Shown piece after piece: positions 1 to 13,110 of a stretch of DNA of 64,000 nt. This stretch comes from Haplodiscus bocki (Eukaryota), in contig OZ296659.1 of NCBI GenBank assembly GCA_965655095.1, positions 66,092,001 through 66,156,000 of the forward strand. The letters are read 5' to 3'. The notes below the pieces were generated by a model. That model worked only from the letters and a program-made list of their open reading frames with translations, was not told where the DNA came from and searched no databases. The first letter of the stretch is position 1; the number at the start of each line of letters is the position of its first letter. A program made the translations under genes and the position numbers.

Positions 1-156
1 GTCAGATTTATAACAAGAGAGTTCCAGAACAACCTGCAGATCACGCGGATCTATCAACAGTGTCCGTGAGTCAAAAAGTTTGCAGGTCCAGAATTAGAAT
101 ATAACCCTGATCAACCCTAATAAATTGTTTATGATTCCATTCCGTGAAATCCGCTA

Positions 157-356
157 NNNNNNNNNNNNNNNNNNNNNNNNNNNNNNNNNNNNNNNNNNNN
201 NNNNNNNNNNNNNNNNNNNNNNNNNNNNNNNNNNNNNNNNNNNNNNNNNNNNNNNNNNNNNNNNNNNNNNNNNNNNNNNNNNNNNNNNNNNNNNNNNNNN
301 NNNNNNNNNNNNNNNNNNNNNNNNNNNNNNNNNNNNNNNNNNNNNNNNNNNNNNNN
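157..356. other. Assembly gap (200 N)
   Basis: Run of N from 157 to 356. Confidence 0.99.
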
Positions 357-770
357 TGAAAAAACAAGTTTCACCAAAATTTGTTAGAAATAAGAACGTC
401 CGTTGCAATGAAACGCGACTGAATATTTGTCAGTTTTGTATGAAAAACTATTTTTATCTAGCCAAATGTTCCGAAAATTTCTGAAGGCTGTAGGAATTTG
501 TTGCGATTTCGGGAAGGTGTTGTTTTTGGACAGTGTCGAAAAAATACAATCAATGTGTATTAGTTATCTTAAGCCTTGTGATTCTCACTAAAATCCCAAT
601 GATCGCTGCATAGCCTCACTGAAACACGCTTTGTTTGGCTGACGTCTTTTGTTGGAGATATAAATGAAGGTTCTGTGAACACTTTTTGGTTTCCGAAAAG
701 TTTATCGGTCTCTCAAATTGCTTGAGGTTGAATGCAAAAAAAGGAACCAATTTGATGTTCTATTTTTTAA
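357..770 (-). repeat. Copy 1 of a ~300-400 bp repeat matching the 3' distal region of the Gypsy element
   Basis: Direct homology to 1587-1990 (ctaaaatcccaatgatcgctgcatagc vs ctaaagtcccaatgatcgctgcatagc) and inverted homology to 1233-1530. Confidence 0.9.
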
Positions 771-1232
771 CTGTGATATAGACTTTTCAAATGTCAAGAG
801 GTAGCGAGATTTACATTGTTGTCTGCGAAGCAGCAGTTGGTGAGACTTTGTTGTTTGTCAAGTAGCTGCAGTATATATTTTCCTGATTTTAGTTAGGAAC
901 AGACGGAGTGGAAATTTAGCGATGAACGGAGCCAAAAAATTCTTCAAATAAAGTATCTTGCAGTGCAAAGACCAATGATTGTTTGAGGACTTGGTATCAA
1001 TGCACTTTCATCGGCTAGCGAGCTTCACTAAGTCATTGGCAGAAAGTTCCGGAAAAATGTTTTGACTTCCAAAGACTGGTCTGGTTTTAAAAAGTAAGGG
1101 ATCGAAGTCAAAGAGTATCTATCGAAATCAGCATTGTTCATTCCAATGAAATCCCAATGATCAGTTGGTAACTTCGTCGACAGAAAATTTGATTACAAGG
1201 TATGTTTCAAGAGAAAGATTGATGAAGGTTGT

Positions 1233-1534
1233 CAACAAAAGACGTCAGCCAAACAAAGCGTGTTTCAGTGATGCTATGCAGCCATCATTGGGACTTTAGT
1301 GAGATTCACAAGGCTTAAGATAACTAACACACATTGATTGTATTTTTCCGACACTGTCCAAAAAAAACACCTTTCCGTAATCGAAACAAATTCCTAGACC
1401 CTTCAGAAAATTTCAGAAAATTTGGCTAGATAAATCTAGTTTTTTCATACAAAATTAACAAATATTCAGTCGCGTTTCATTGCAACAGAAGTTCTTATTT
1501 CTAACAAGTTTTGATGAAATTTGTTTTTTCACCC
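1233..1534 (+). repeat. Inverted copy 2 of the same repeat
   Basis: caacaaaagacgtcagccaaacaaagcgtgtttcagtg... is the reverse complement of ~357-655; the copy ends ...ttgttttttcaccc. Confidence 0.9.
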
Positions 1535-2539
1535 GTATACAGTAACTTTATATATATATATAAACATAATATTGTTGTTTAAGGGTCAAAAAACAAATTT
1601 CACCAAATTTGTTAGAGATAAGAACTTCCTTTGCAATGAAACACGAATGAACATTTGTAAGTTTCGTATGAAAAGAATATACTTATCCAGCCAAATGTTT
1701 TGAAAATTTTCTGAAGAGTCTAGGAAATTGTTTTGACTTCGGAAAGGTGTATTTTTTGGAAAGTGTCGAAAAATAAAATGAAAGTGTGTTTGTTCTCTGA
1801 AGACTTGTGATTTTCACTAAAGTCCCAATGATCGCTGCATAGCATCACTGCAACACAATTTGTTTGGCTGACGTGTTTTGTTGGAGATGTAATCGACGGT
1901 TCCGGGAATAAGTTTCGATTTCTGGAAAGTTTATCTGTCTCTCAAACTGCCTGAGGTTGAGTGCAAAAAATAAGAACCAATTTGATGTTTTTTTTGTTTT
2001 GATATGCGGTCTAGTTTGAATTGACAGAAAGATTATCTGGAAAGATAATATATTGAAAAGTAAAGGCAGTTTAGTTTGATTTGAGCCGTTTTCATCCAGA
2101 GTGAAAGTAGTTTCTGGACGGAGGTATATGGCTATAGTAGTCTTTGCCAGGTTGTCGTCGAAGAAGGCAAATCGTTTGAGATTGAGAAAATGCGGAAATT
2201 TGGGAAAACTTGGCGCTTATTGGAGAAGTTGTTGGTGGAATGGTATCTTTTTTTTCTGATTTGTTTGAGATTTTGGCGTAGTAGGCGGTTGTTAATAAAT
2301 ATCAAGCATTAGTGGACAAAAAGTGACTTCATCGCGGGAGTTTTTTCGTGTGATGTCTGTCAGTTACATTGAAAAATTTGTGGCGTCGTTATACAAATCT
2401 TCTAACGAATTGTTTGGTGATCGCTGGGGTGAATATACTTCTTCGGCTGGGTTGAACGAGGACATGGTTATCTGTGGATAAGAGGCAACTGTTTTGATTT
2501 GTTGAATGAGTTTTTCTAAATCACGGACAACGGGATAAA

Positions 2540-3660
2540 ATGGGTTTAAATGATTCCGACTCGCAAAAAAACTTTACTTTGATTTCATAGTATGTCATAG
2601 TTCACATCTGTTAGTGGCGCATACTTTGATAGGGACATGTCTTTAAAAATTGTAGTTTTCAAAGAGGTTATGGAATAAATTTAGAAATTCTTTGCGAAAC
2701 GAAAAAACCCTCTTCTAAGTTTTTTTTTAATCTATGATTCAGTTCTGTTTCTGAAAGTAGTCGTTCTTTAACGTTCAGATATCAACAAGATTTGATACAT
2801 TGCATCGATTTTTCTATTCGTATAGTAGAGGAAAGTAAAATTGCGGTGAAGAGAGGTTGAACAATTGTGTTTTGATCTGACGTAGTGTTGTCAGAATGAG
2901 TTGATGATTTTCTACAAAAAAGACTAGTGCAAGTTTCCTGCTGACGACGTCTGATTTGTAGAAGTTTATCTAAAGAACACGGGGTTTTTTTGAAAATCTT
3001 TCGATTGGAGGTAATGTAGCGTTAGAAAACATTTGTGTAAAACTCAACTTGACCAGACAAACGAATATAATTTTGTTGTAAGCTAGCAAGAAAGACTCTG
3101 TCAAGATGTCTATTTTGGCATTCAGCTGATCCAAATTCCCGTGGAGCGTGAGGATGTTGCGGGCGATATATGAGATACATAATTCCAAAAAATTGACAGT
3201 TGCTTGGCGTTTCATTATCAAAAAGTTACGAGCCTTTATCTGTAACATGAACTACTGGTGGACCAAAATTGATATTTCAATTCTTCAAGAAAACATCAAC
3301 AGTGGATCAAGCATCGCTTTGTAAAGTTGGTTTTGTTTTTACAAACTGGGTGAAGGCATCACAAATAACAAAAATGTAACAATTTCTCTTTGGGGAAGGA
3401 TGTATTGGACCACGTGTATCCATACTTATACAATCATTAAAACCTTCAACGGCTTCAGCAATTTCTAATTGGGGAGCAGTGTTAAACCCATTTGAGACAA
3501 TTTGTTAGCTTAACAAGATATACAATCTTTAATTAGTAAATCAGTCCATCTGCTTAATCTTGAGAAATGAAAGCAAAGTTTAAAGTTACTGTTTATTCGA
3601 TTTTGTTCAAAATGACCGGAAAAATCAAACCAGTGTGTTCTCTAGAAAGAACTGAACAGT
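2540..3660 (-). pseudogene. Gypsy integrase (H2C2 finger, DDE core, GPY/F motif)
   Basis: Manual translation: HWFDFSGHFEQ...DCISC; FNDCISMDTRGPIHP...YIFVICDAFTQFV...FGPPVVHVTDKGS; CPYQ...LTDVNYDI...SRNHLNPFYP. Confidence 0.9.
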
Positions 3661-4639
3661 AGTTTCAGAGGTAGACAACATTGTACTTTTTCGGGAGAAT
3701 CCATTTGAAATTCAAAGTAAGTGCTCATAGAAGGAAAATCAGAGTCTTCAAATTTTGCAAAGTTTCAAAGCGCTGAAAAGACAAAATTAGAGCTCTGTTG
3801 CCTGTAACACTGGGCTTCTATTTGAAGTTTTGGGCTCAACGAATCTGTGAGTCAAGCTCTCGGAATTTTAGGGACAAAATCGAGTTTTTGACAACTTATG
3901 AAATTTTCCTTTCTAAGACTTAGGTTTTTCGTTGCCAAAAATCATGAAGTTTCATTGGACCAAAATCGAAAACGGAAGTCAATGGGTACTTTTGATCTGT
4001 TTCAACTTCTAGTGATTTGATTGAATGATCAGTGTATAAATGACGTAGCATGTTTGTATCCTTCGATGATTGCTGGTCACCAGATTTCAGCAGTTTTGAT
4101 CGGACATACTGTAGTTTTTCTTTTCTAGGAAATTTTTGTTAACAATATCATCCTCATCATTGAGTGAATCAGTATCATTCAAAAGTGCAGATGATTTTGC
4201 AATGGTTTTTTGCTTTTTCGATTGTTTTTTGTTTATGATATTGTTCAAAAGCAAATAAAACTTCAGAAAAACTTTATCTGCGGTAAGTGGTCTGATATTT
4301 ATTTTCTGGCCGTTGTCAAGTACTTGTAGGATGAGTTTTTCATGTTTTTTTTTCACAGTAAATTGGGTATATGATGTTGGGACAGCAGCTTGAGGTTGGT
4401 TCAGTATTAATTCCATTATAGGTTTGATGAACACTTTAAGGATCTTTCAAGGAAGTTTTTTGAAATTCTTTGGAAATCGGACTGTTTTCTGCATTTTTCG
4501 TTGTTATTGTAAGAAGCTGATATAAAACGTTCAACTTAGCAAGTGTGCTAAAGAAAGTTTTTTGGCTTGTGTTCAGAAAATGCTTGTTTATGAAAATCGT
4601 GAACAAAGATTTTGACGTCGGAAATAGCAAATTTTTTTT

Positions 4640-4910
4640 TACTTTTTCATGCGAAGAGACTGAGGATGGATTTACATTGGGTGAAAAATGTTATAGGACA
4701 CTTTGAGCGAAGTATCAGAAATTCATAGATCTCTAAGCATAAACAAAAGGGCTTGCTTCTCGATATAAAAATACAAATTTTCCGTTCGTTTCCAGTAAGT
4801 ATGCCAGAGTTATAAGAAAACACTTGTATTTGGCCTTTATCGTCAAGCCAGACCATAAAAGTACCTACGCCAATTGCAGAAGAACCAACCAAACTGAACA
4901 ACGGGGTTTT
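4640..4910 (-). pseudogene. Ty3/Gypsy RNase H
   Basis: ORF 4647-4901 reads GSSAIGVGTFMV...QVFSYNSGILTGNERK...YEFLILRSKCPITFFTQCKSIL, a degenerate DASxxGxG...SYxSRxL...ERxY...TDHKPL. Confidence 0.85.
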
Positions 4911-4949
4911 TTGTATTCGGAAGTGTTATTTCACATTTTGCGTGCGGTA

Positions 4950-5720
4950 AAGTTTGTTTTACTTTGAAGAATCACGTTCATGTTTTTCAATCCAGGGAAA
5001 AGGATTACCATCCTGAAGTAAGTTAAACAATGAAGCTGTAAGAAAACCTGAACCTTAGGCAAATAATTTGAAAAAAACTTGAACTCTTCTAGCAACTTCA
5101 TGACGGCTTTTTTCGAATCGGGGCGTTTCGTTTGTTGTATAGCTTCGATTTTAAAAATTAAAAGTTCACTTTTGTTCTGGGTAAAAAAATGGTTAAGAAA
5201 CTTAACAGTATTGATAACGAAACATTCTCAACTTGAACAAAGACATCATCAATTTATGTTGAACTTTCAATTCGTCTGATCAACAAAACAAAGAGAATGG
5301 TCTTTATTTGAGTGAAAAATCCAAGTGAGGCTTTTAATCCGAAAAATCCACGTTTATGTTTGTATTTTTGAATTCCGGCAACAAAATGGAATTTTTTCTG
5401 TGTTTCAGGATTGAGAGCACTTCGGTGATAATCCATAGAGACTTCTGTTGTGCTGAAGTTTTTGCCACTAAATGGAGGGTTTCAAACTTGAGCTGGTAAT
5501 AAAAGAAAAAGATACTTTGAACATCAGCTTTATCATTGAGAACTTCAGCATCAAAAACTATTTTTCAATTTTCGCATTTTGGTAGGATTATGATAGGATA
5601 AAAACATTCTGATCCAAGTTTTTTTTACTGGACGCATGCAAACGCGTTCGATTTTGACATTATGTTGCAAATATCAAGAATCTGTTGTATTTGATCTCGA
5701 TTAGGAATGTGAAAATTTGT
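4950..5720 (-). pseudogene. Ty3/Gypsy reverse transcriptase
   Basis: FSTTEVSMDYH...KYKHKRGFFGLKASLGFFTQ...ST*IDDVF; the YxDD motif is mutated to stop-IDD at ~5240-5256. Confidence 0.88.
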
Positions 5721-6399
5721 GATACGTTCTTTTTTCAATTTGGCAACTGCTTTCTTCATGTTATGTGAAAGTTTATCTACGACGCCAAAGTCATATTGAT
5801 AGTGTGAGTAAACATGTTAGAATTCACACAACATTTGCGTGAGGCTAAACAGTTCTTGTAAGACAACTTGGCAAAATGTGAAAGTTTTTTTATGGAGAAA
5901 AGAAAGGTATTCAGGATCGAGTTTATTTGATTGTACTAAATTTCCAGGGCTAGGATTTTTTGAGACATAAGTCACATCATTATTGGAAAGAGGTCAGATG
6001 GCTAGTCAGTAATGGGGAAATTTGTATCATGTACCTCAAATGTGTCTAGGTACATCTTAGAAAGCTTCATTTGTGTACCATGACTTAGCTCATAAAATTT
6101 ATATTGTTGCGGTGGAGCCTGTAATTCAAGATTTTCTCGTCGAAAATCAATATATCCGAGGACACCAGTCGGATTGGAGTAGACTTTTTTGTCGTAACTT
6201 CTAAAACAACATGAAGATACTGAGCTTGTGGATTCAGGTCAAATGTATCTGTGAAAAAAATGTTTATCTTGTTCTTGAAGTAATTGAAAAAAAGGTTTAA
6301 AAGTAATTGATATTAATACGTTTTCAACTGTCAACTGAAAACTTTTGATTAAAACAATGGTTTTTTATGAGAATTTTTAAAACCGGTTTTTGCTTGAGA

Positions 6400-6740
6400 C
6401 GAGTTGCATTATATGTGTTATTTATCAGAAAAAGACATCAAATTTCAGTTTCAAATGTTTTAATATAAGTTTGGAGAAGAAGAAGTCGAAGTAAATTGTA
6501 CTTTGTAACTGCGTTTCAAATGTTATTGTTAGTGTTGCATATCGATCGGTAAATGGAAATAGTGTAAGTTCAACAATACCTCCATTTAGTTGTGACTGAC
6601 CAAAAGCAGTTCCTAAATTTTTATCAAGATCTTGTTTGAGTTCGTCTTTAGTTGGTGAAAGGTATGTTTTCATCTCATTCCAAGCTTGAGTCTGTAAAAT
6701 ACAAATAGTTGCAACTGTCCGAAAACTTGTTCAGTTTTCC
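6400..6740 (-). pseudogene. Retropepsin aspartic protease relic
   Basis: Minus strand ~6700-6730 tcggacagt-tgcaactatttgtatttta gives DS(G)ATICIL across a frameshift, at the expected position between gag and RT. Confidence 0.6.
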
Positions 6741-7359
6741 AGGATGGCTTGTTTTTTGGGACATTCCACGGATTATATTAACTAGTGTTTGGCTGAGGTT
6801 CAGTTATCTTAATGGTTATATCAACAAACCATCATCAAAAAAATGTATTAGTTGAGGAATTCATCAATTGTCATAGTTTCATCTGGAAAAGCAACTTGAA
6901 AAAACTCTTTTAAATTATCTACAATTTGATTAACGAAAAGAAAAGGAGCAGATGAGCGTGACGATTTTCGAAACTTTTTGGTTGACATCTGCTATGGAGG
7001 AGTAACAGTGATATTTTGCGCGAGTGATTTTTTGCAATATGTGAATTGTGAAAAACAATGTTACGGTTGTTTGGGAGGATAGATCTAGAACGGTTGTTAA
7101 AAGTTCGGTTTCAACTAATTCGTTTGTCAAATGAAGAGGATCATTTTCCCGGAGTATAGGTTTGATTTCTAGAAAACCCTTGTCGGGAAGAACGGTAATG
7201 TTGTTTATGTGTTGAAACATAAGCGTTAGGGGCACTTTTCTTGGTAAAAATTGGTTACTTTTGAAGAAAACTTAAACATCCTCTGTGTATCAGTTTTAGA
7301 TTGAGCATCATATTGCTGCCTCGATTCAGAATTGACTTGACGATTTTTAATGGTTTTTC

Positions 7360-8100
7360 GTTTAAAACATCGTGAGATAGAAAGACCATTTTTTCTACAA
7401 TTGTTGCAGATTTTTTTTCAATTGTGGTGTTTCTTTATTTTCTCGGTCTGTTTGGTAACTTTTTGAGATCGTGATAATTGAAAATAGCGTTCATGAGGTT
7501 TAAGGTAAACAACTTCGTTGGAAAACTTTGGTGTCATATCATAAGCAAGGTGTTTTCTGTTAACAAAAGTTTTAAAAGTTTCAGTTGGAGTATTTGATTC
7601 ATCAACAGTACGATCGATCATGATCTAGTTTCTCTTCGTTAGCTTTGCATAATATTTCAAATGGGATTTCAAATAGAATTTTTTACCTGTTCGTTTTTGA
7701 GTCAATTTCAGGCCGTCCGTTTTTGACTAAGTCTTCAATACGGCAAACATAAACGGAAATTAATTCATGAGTAGCAAGCCAAGTTTCTTGAGCGTCAACT
7801 TGGACCTAAAATGTGATGTTTGCACTATCAAATTTGTTCAAAAACTTTGTTGAAAACGTAGACCAACCTTGGGTATCGGTTTCGCAGAAACCATTAGGCC
7901 AAGACGAAGCTGGGACATCGAAGGAAGTTGCAACAAAGCCTTTCTACGAATGTTTCAAATCCAATAATGTTCTGAATTTTTAGGTTCGGGACCAAGTTGA
8001 TAGATAGTACGAGCCTTGAAACCACTCAAAATAATTTCAGGACAGTATCGATAATCAGTACCATCAAAAAAATGTGATTGACTAGAAAATGGAACACACG
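7360..8100 (-). pseudogene. Gag (retrotransposon gag core + CCHC-type knuckle)
   Basis: FDGTDYRYCPE...KARTIYQLGPEP...FVATSFDVPASSW...WSTFSTKFLNKFDS; CNNCRKNGLSISRC (CX2CX4[H>L]X4C) at ~7365-7410. Confidence 0.75.
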
Positions 8101-9758
8101 TTGGAATTTTGAAATATATCATTAAGGAGCTGGTTGAGAATTTTATACCTGAGAAGTGTGTGGTATAAAGGTTGGAGGTTCAGTGAAAACAGAGGATGGT
8201 AGAGTATCCGTGGATGGTACAGTCCAGTGTTGGGAAAAATGATTCATGGGAAAAGACTCTGAAGGATTCGATATTCACAAAATAGGCATTGGTTGACTAA
8301 TAGGAGTTTGAATTTAAGGTTGATGTCGAATATTAGAAATTGCAGCGGTATTCTTCTGAACAAAGAACGATAGTTTAATTTCTGAGGGTTTTCAGAGGGA
8401 ATTGAGGTGTAAATGTACTACTTTGAGGTTGTGCTTTTGGAGACCGCGCCCTTAATGATGTTTGTGGCGAAGGTAGTCCTGAGGACGGGTAAGGAAATAG
8501 CGGTGTAGGAAGGCGGGAAAATAAATTTACTGCTGAAACAGTAATCTAAGCTGAAGGGTTTCATGAAACTTTCGAAGTGGTTTGTCAGAAATTAAACGTA
8601 GATTTGGATAAAGTGTATTCACCTGATTTCATTGAACATTTGGGGCGGATTTTGTTGCTGATAAACTTGCTGATTTATGTTATGGGAGAAAATCAGGATC
8701 AGAGGAAAAGAAAGCAGGGTGCCAAGATATTCCTCCAACTCCTGCTTGGTACACAAACCTAGTTCAGTAAAATGAGATACTGGCATGACAGGTGACATAT
8801 TACGACAATATTGAAAATCAAAAATTTCATGAAAAGGAACCAATGATGAGAGATACGTTGAAGGCAGTGTTTTATACTTTCAAATTGATTGTAATGTTTG
8901 AAAATGAAAAGTTTTTTCTGGTGAATACTAAAAAAAAGAGAGTATTAATACTTTTGATATAACTGGGTTTTCTACTAAGCTGAACTCATCAGATACAGAA
9001 CAAAAAACGATAGAGAGAAAGTCTAAAACTTGCTCAATATGGTTGGTAGGGTCATTTGGCATGAAGTTATGTCAAATATTAGATATAGTGTCTTGTAACG
9101 TTCCTAACACAGAAAGAATTTGGCCGAAATTTGAAGTGATGAGGGAAAAGGTCATAATCACTGTCGGTAACATGGGAGGTTTGATTTAAAAAATACGGAG
9201 AAAATGCTCGTAAACATGGAGAATATCTTGAGGAAAGAACGTAAGCTGGAAATTGTGGGTACGGGTTTTGTCTTATTCAAAATAAAGAGTAAAGGGTTGC
9301 TTATGTTGGATGTTTTGAAAGTCTTTTTTTTCTTGGTGGTTGAAAGCAAATGTCTATGGATCTGAGAAAGTTCAAGAGTGGACGGGTTTCATGTTTTTAC
9401 CAGTGGTATTTAAAGAAACAGGGTCAAAGTCATGATATTAAGCATTAAATTTACGAAAAGATGATAATCTACACTCGCGATTAATGAAAGAAGTTTTAGG
9501 TTAAGATTTCCAAGTGTTGTTGTAACGGAGAGTAGTGTAGTTGTTGGTTTTGTTCGTTAACAGTACTAGATGACATGATATTAGTAAGGAAGGAAAATGG
9601 AAATGAAAGAGAATGAAAAAAATTACCCTTTTCATTTTTTTGGTGGCTGAATTGAAGATGACGCGGTTGTACAAAAACGGTGAGATTACTCATTTGTGAA
9701 GCGAGATACTGGGAGAAATAATGAACTTGGAAAATGCCTTTTAGGAACGGCATCAAAA

Positions 9759-9768
9759 GGTCGCACCA
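9759..9768 (-). promoter_or_regulatory. Putative tRNA primer-binding site of the Gypsy element
   Basis: Minus strand ...agcccAACTGGTGCGACC lies upstream of gag; the priming tRNA was not identified. Confidence 0.5.
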
Positions 9769-9799
9769 GTTGGGCTAGGTAAGTTTGGTCAAAGCTTCC

Positions 9800-11590
9800 T
9801 GTGAGAATACTCTCCTGCCTCTGAGTTATTTAAATTTGCAGAGTGATGAGAAGAACACACCACTTCGGGACAGGGGTTGTTTAGGGAATGATCCCCAGTC
9901 GGCTCCCAGTTTTCTGAGTCGCTGTTCCTGGATGTTCACGGATCGACTGCAGAACAAGTCCGAACCTGTGGCTTCAGAAGAAATTTGTTAAGCATAAACA
10001 GAGCGCTGAAAATGCGAGACTCCGTGCGACTGATTTCTTTTCAGAGTTCTTAATTACTCTTCCTTCGATTGCTTCAAAAATTTGGGAGATGTAATTTTCA
10101 GCCATTTCTGGAGCAAGCGTGTTCTGTGACCTACTGTTGCTGGTACTTTCAGGTGTTCCTCCCGAAACTGCTGCTAGTTTTCTCTTGTTCCTCAAACTTG
10201 CCATGATACTGAGAGAAAAGTTCTGTCAGCAGTGAAGACTGAATTGAAGTTTTTAATTATTATCAACAGCGATAGTCTCCTCTTATTATGAGGTGAAAAA
10301 GGTTTCAATAAAATGCAAATCAAATGAAATGACTTTAGAATCACTACAATACCGAAAAGCTAAAATTGATATAATAATATTAGTAGTTTCATTTCTCTTA
10401 ATTATACCTTTCCTTGGCGGGAAACATAACTGTTTGCACGCCAGATCAAGGTACAAATAGGGAAAAGTACTTTAATCACATTATCTCTAAAGGAGAAATG
10501 CCGACTCAGGCGGGAAATAAACACCTCTCCGTCCATTTCTTCCTTCACGGACTGCGTCTTTCACATGCTTCGACAGTAAAAGTACGGGTCCAGTCCAACA
10601 GAGATAGATATCAAAGTGGTTAGTTCCGCGCCGACATAATAAATAACAACATGAACAAAAGATCAAAGAATTTTCTATAAGAGGAAATTGATGAAAATTC
10701 ATTGGAAAAATATTTTAAAAACATAAACTAAAAATCAAATAAATGCTGAAAAATTCATATTTACATGTGGTTACATACCGCATCGATTAAATCCACTGTT
10801 GGCAACAAAACTATGTTTTTTCCTAGTCCGTTCCACGTTTCTACCAGCTCACGCCTCACTTTGGCCGGAGCATTCCGGAGCGACTACGTAGCCGCTTGTA
10901 GCACTGCTCTCCCCAGTGCTACTGAGGAGAATGAATCGTGTGGCTACTTTGTCGTTCCGTGTCCGTCCAAAGTGAAACAGTATAGCAGCACAGCGGATTG
11001 GCTGAAATTCTAGTGACGTCACCTGATTGGTTACAAAGGAACACATACAGAACAAAACTTCACTTTTAAAGTCAAGCTCTGTTATACTAATAAATCGCTA
11101 TTGAAAACTTGTTAAAACTGTCAGTCTAGATAAAATACTGCACAATTTAAAGGTGGATTTATATAATAATCACTTAAATTTTTTATATAAAATAGCACCT
11201 AATAATAATATAGAAGTACATTAGGATAGTAAATGAATTTCCATTTGCCCCGTGTCTGTTCCGTCCCAATCAGGATCAGCTCACCAGAATTACACGTATC
11301 GGATACGTGCTTTTTCATGAACTACATATTTTGGAAAGATACGTAACTACTACGTATCGTTTACAAGAATTACATGTATGTATACAAGGTGGATACGTAA
11401 CTACTACGTATCCCTAAAATATAATTGATGAAAGATGGTGCCTTATTTGTAAGTGAAAGGAATTATAAGTTTAATAGTTCCATAAACATAGTTTTAGTGT
11501 CTTCAGAGTTTCAGTTCTTAGTTGACCGTCCTGTAAAGTCCTTTGCTGGGGGAATCACTTTTCCGCAGGCTTTGCAGGCGTGCTGCGACA
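9800..11590 (-). mobile_element. Solo LTR, family A (1,791 bp), with internal ORF MASLRNKRKLAAVS...
   Basis: TGTCG...TCACA termini; perfect 5-bp TSD CTTCC (9795-9799 and 11591-11595); homologous to 13489-14985. Confidence 0.92.
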
Positions 11591-12199
11591 CTTCCTATCC
11601 AAAGATGTCTCTCAATCTTAAGGCTATGGCCTCACCGGGACTTCTATAACTTCATTCCTTAAATCAGGTGTACCGATTGCGTGAATACTAAACTTCAACG
11701 GAAGACCTTTCTTGAAAAATCTTTATTCCTCCTTATTATTAGTCTTACAATTTCTTGGATTCAATATTGTATCTTGTTCTCATTAGTTAGCTCTTCAAAT
11801 AATTCTTTAAGAGTATTTACAATTCATTGGTTGATGATGTTTAATATAATTTATGCTTAGTTCAGTCTAGTGGCACATTTCGGGTGAAAATTGAAGGTTG
11901 GTGGTTTTTTGCCGAGGAACCCCGGTATTGTCGCCTATATCTTAAAAAAACACCACTAAATTATTTTCCGTAGTCTGAATTCCAATTTCGAAGATTTTTT
12001 TTTGAAGGTATCCAATAGTTGTCCTCGAGTTTTTGAGATAAAACAACAATTGACTTGATGTACTTTCAAAAGTTTCATACCACAAATTTGTGGATGTTTT
12101 TTTTTGTCTCGAAAGAAGCAAAAACAATTTTTTCTGGAAAAACTGTGATCATTATGTTGCGCACAGGCTGCTAAATTTCTAAGAAATGCCGTCAACCGT

Positions 12200-13110
12200 T
12201 GTTTCCGCTGATCCGCCGTTATCGTAGAAAACTTCAGTCAAAATTTCGACCCAAGTTTTTGTGGCAATCTGGAACTAGAAAGTGAACTAGGGGGTGTTCA
12301 TCAGAAGTTCGTTTACCTTGTACAAAACTACGCATTCTACGGGAGAATGTTTGACAAAAATTTGATAGTTGAAAAAAACTTCAGTGAACCTGTTCAGCTT
12401 TCTAGTGAAAAATTCAACTTGTCGAACATTACCATGCCGGTGGTCCGAGTTAAAGTCTGGACCGTTGAGTTCCGTATGAAACTAGTGAACGTGAGAAGAA
12501 AAGCCAAACTCTTGGTCGATTTCAATAGAAAGTTGTTTAATCTAGGAACACCCTACCCAACAAAGTTTGTTTAGATTTAGCCAATCTGCTGAAATGCTAG
12601 AAAAAAACGGTCGACTGTGCTGTAGTTTCTGAAAAGATTGAAGGCGGCAACATAATTCTGCAGCTGTTGCTCTGCTAGGCCAAACGTTTTCTAAAATCCA
12701 ATTTACAGCTGAGTAACGTTTCCCTATTTCAGCTGAAGTTGTGATCCCTTTGAATCGGGAACTTCTTTGAAAACTATAACTTGATGGAATCTTGCTTCTT
12801 CTCTGATATCAGAAAGTGATACCAGAAGGCTCGTTTTATCTTTTAAAGTCGGTCCAATGATCAACTTACAGACCGAAGTAATCTTAATTCTCCACACATT
12901 CAAGTTTCAATCGAACAACGGTAGAAATATCTCCCCAGATTGTTCTGTGGTAGCGTATTTCATCATATTCAACCAATTTTATTTTGTAAAAAAAAGCTCT
13001 GGATTTCAAAAGCCAGAAAATTTTCATTGCAGGATGTGTTTTTGCGAACGCCATCAAAACCCTCTGACGCTTTTGTTTGCTGTCAGAAATTGGCTGCACT
13101 GAAAACGAAA
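12200..13110 (-). pseudogene. hAT-family transposase relic
   Basis: DYFGL*VDHWTDFK (DxWT catalytic motif, ~12842-12883), RFKGITTSAEI, QNYVAAF (cf. DNAANMxAA) and WVGCS*IKQLSI (cf. CxxHxLQL), in the correct hAT order; heavily decayed. Confidence 0.5.

Larger units (their letters stand above)
1583..11900 (-). mobile_element. Degraded Ty3/Gypsy LTR retrotransposon, interrupted by the solo LTR at 9800-11590; ends approximate
   Basis: Minus-strand domain order gag-CCHC-PR-RT-RNaseH-INT (Gypsy order), all broken by stops and frameshifts. PBS-like TGGTGCGACC at 9759-9768. LTR-like sequence with AATAAA at ~11596-11900. Confidence 0.88.

Noticed and set aside
71-484. ORF-track ORFs spanning the N run
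   Set aside because: Artefacts of translating the assembly gap.
1587-2500. env gene downstream of integrase
   Set aside because: I could not recognise a signal peptide, furin site or TM anchor; left as unknown extra sequence.
12840-12900. FERM-domain host gene (DYFGL motif)
   Set aside because: The following DHWTD and downstream motifs fit a hAT transposase better; no other FERM features.
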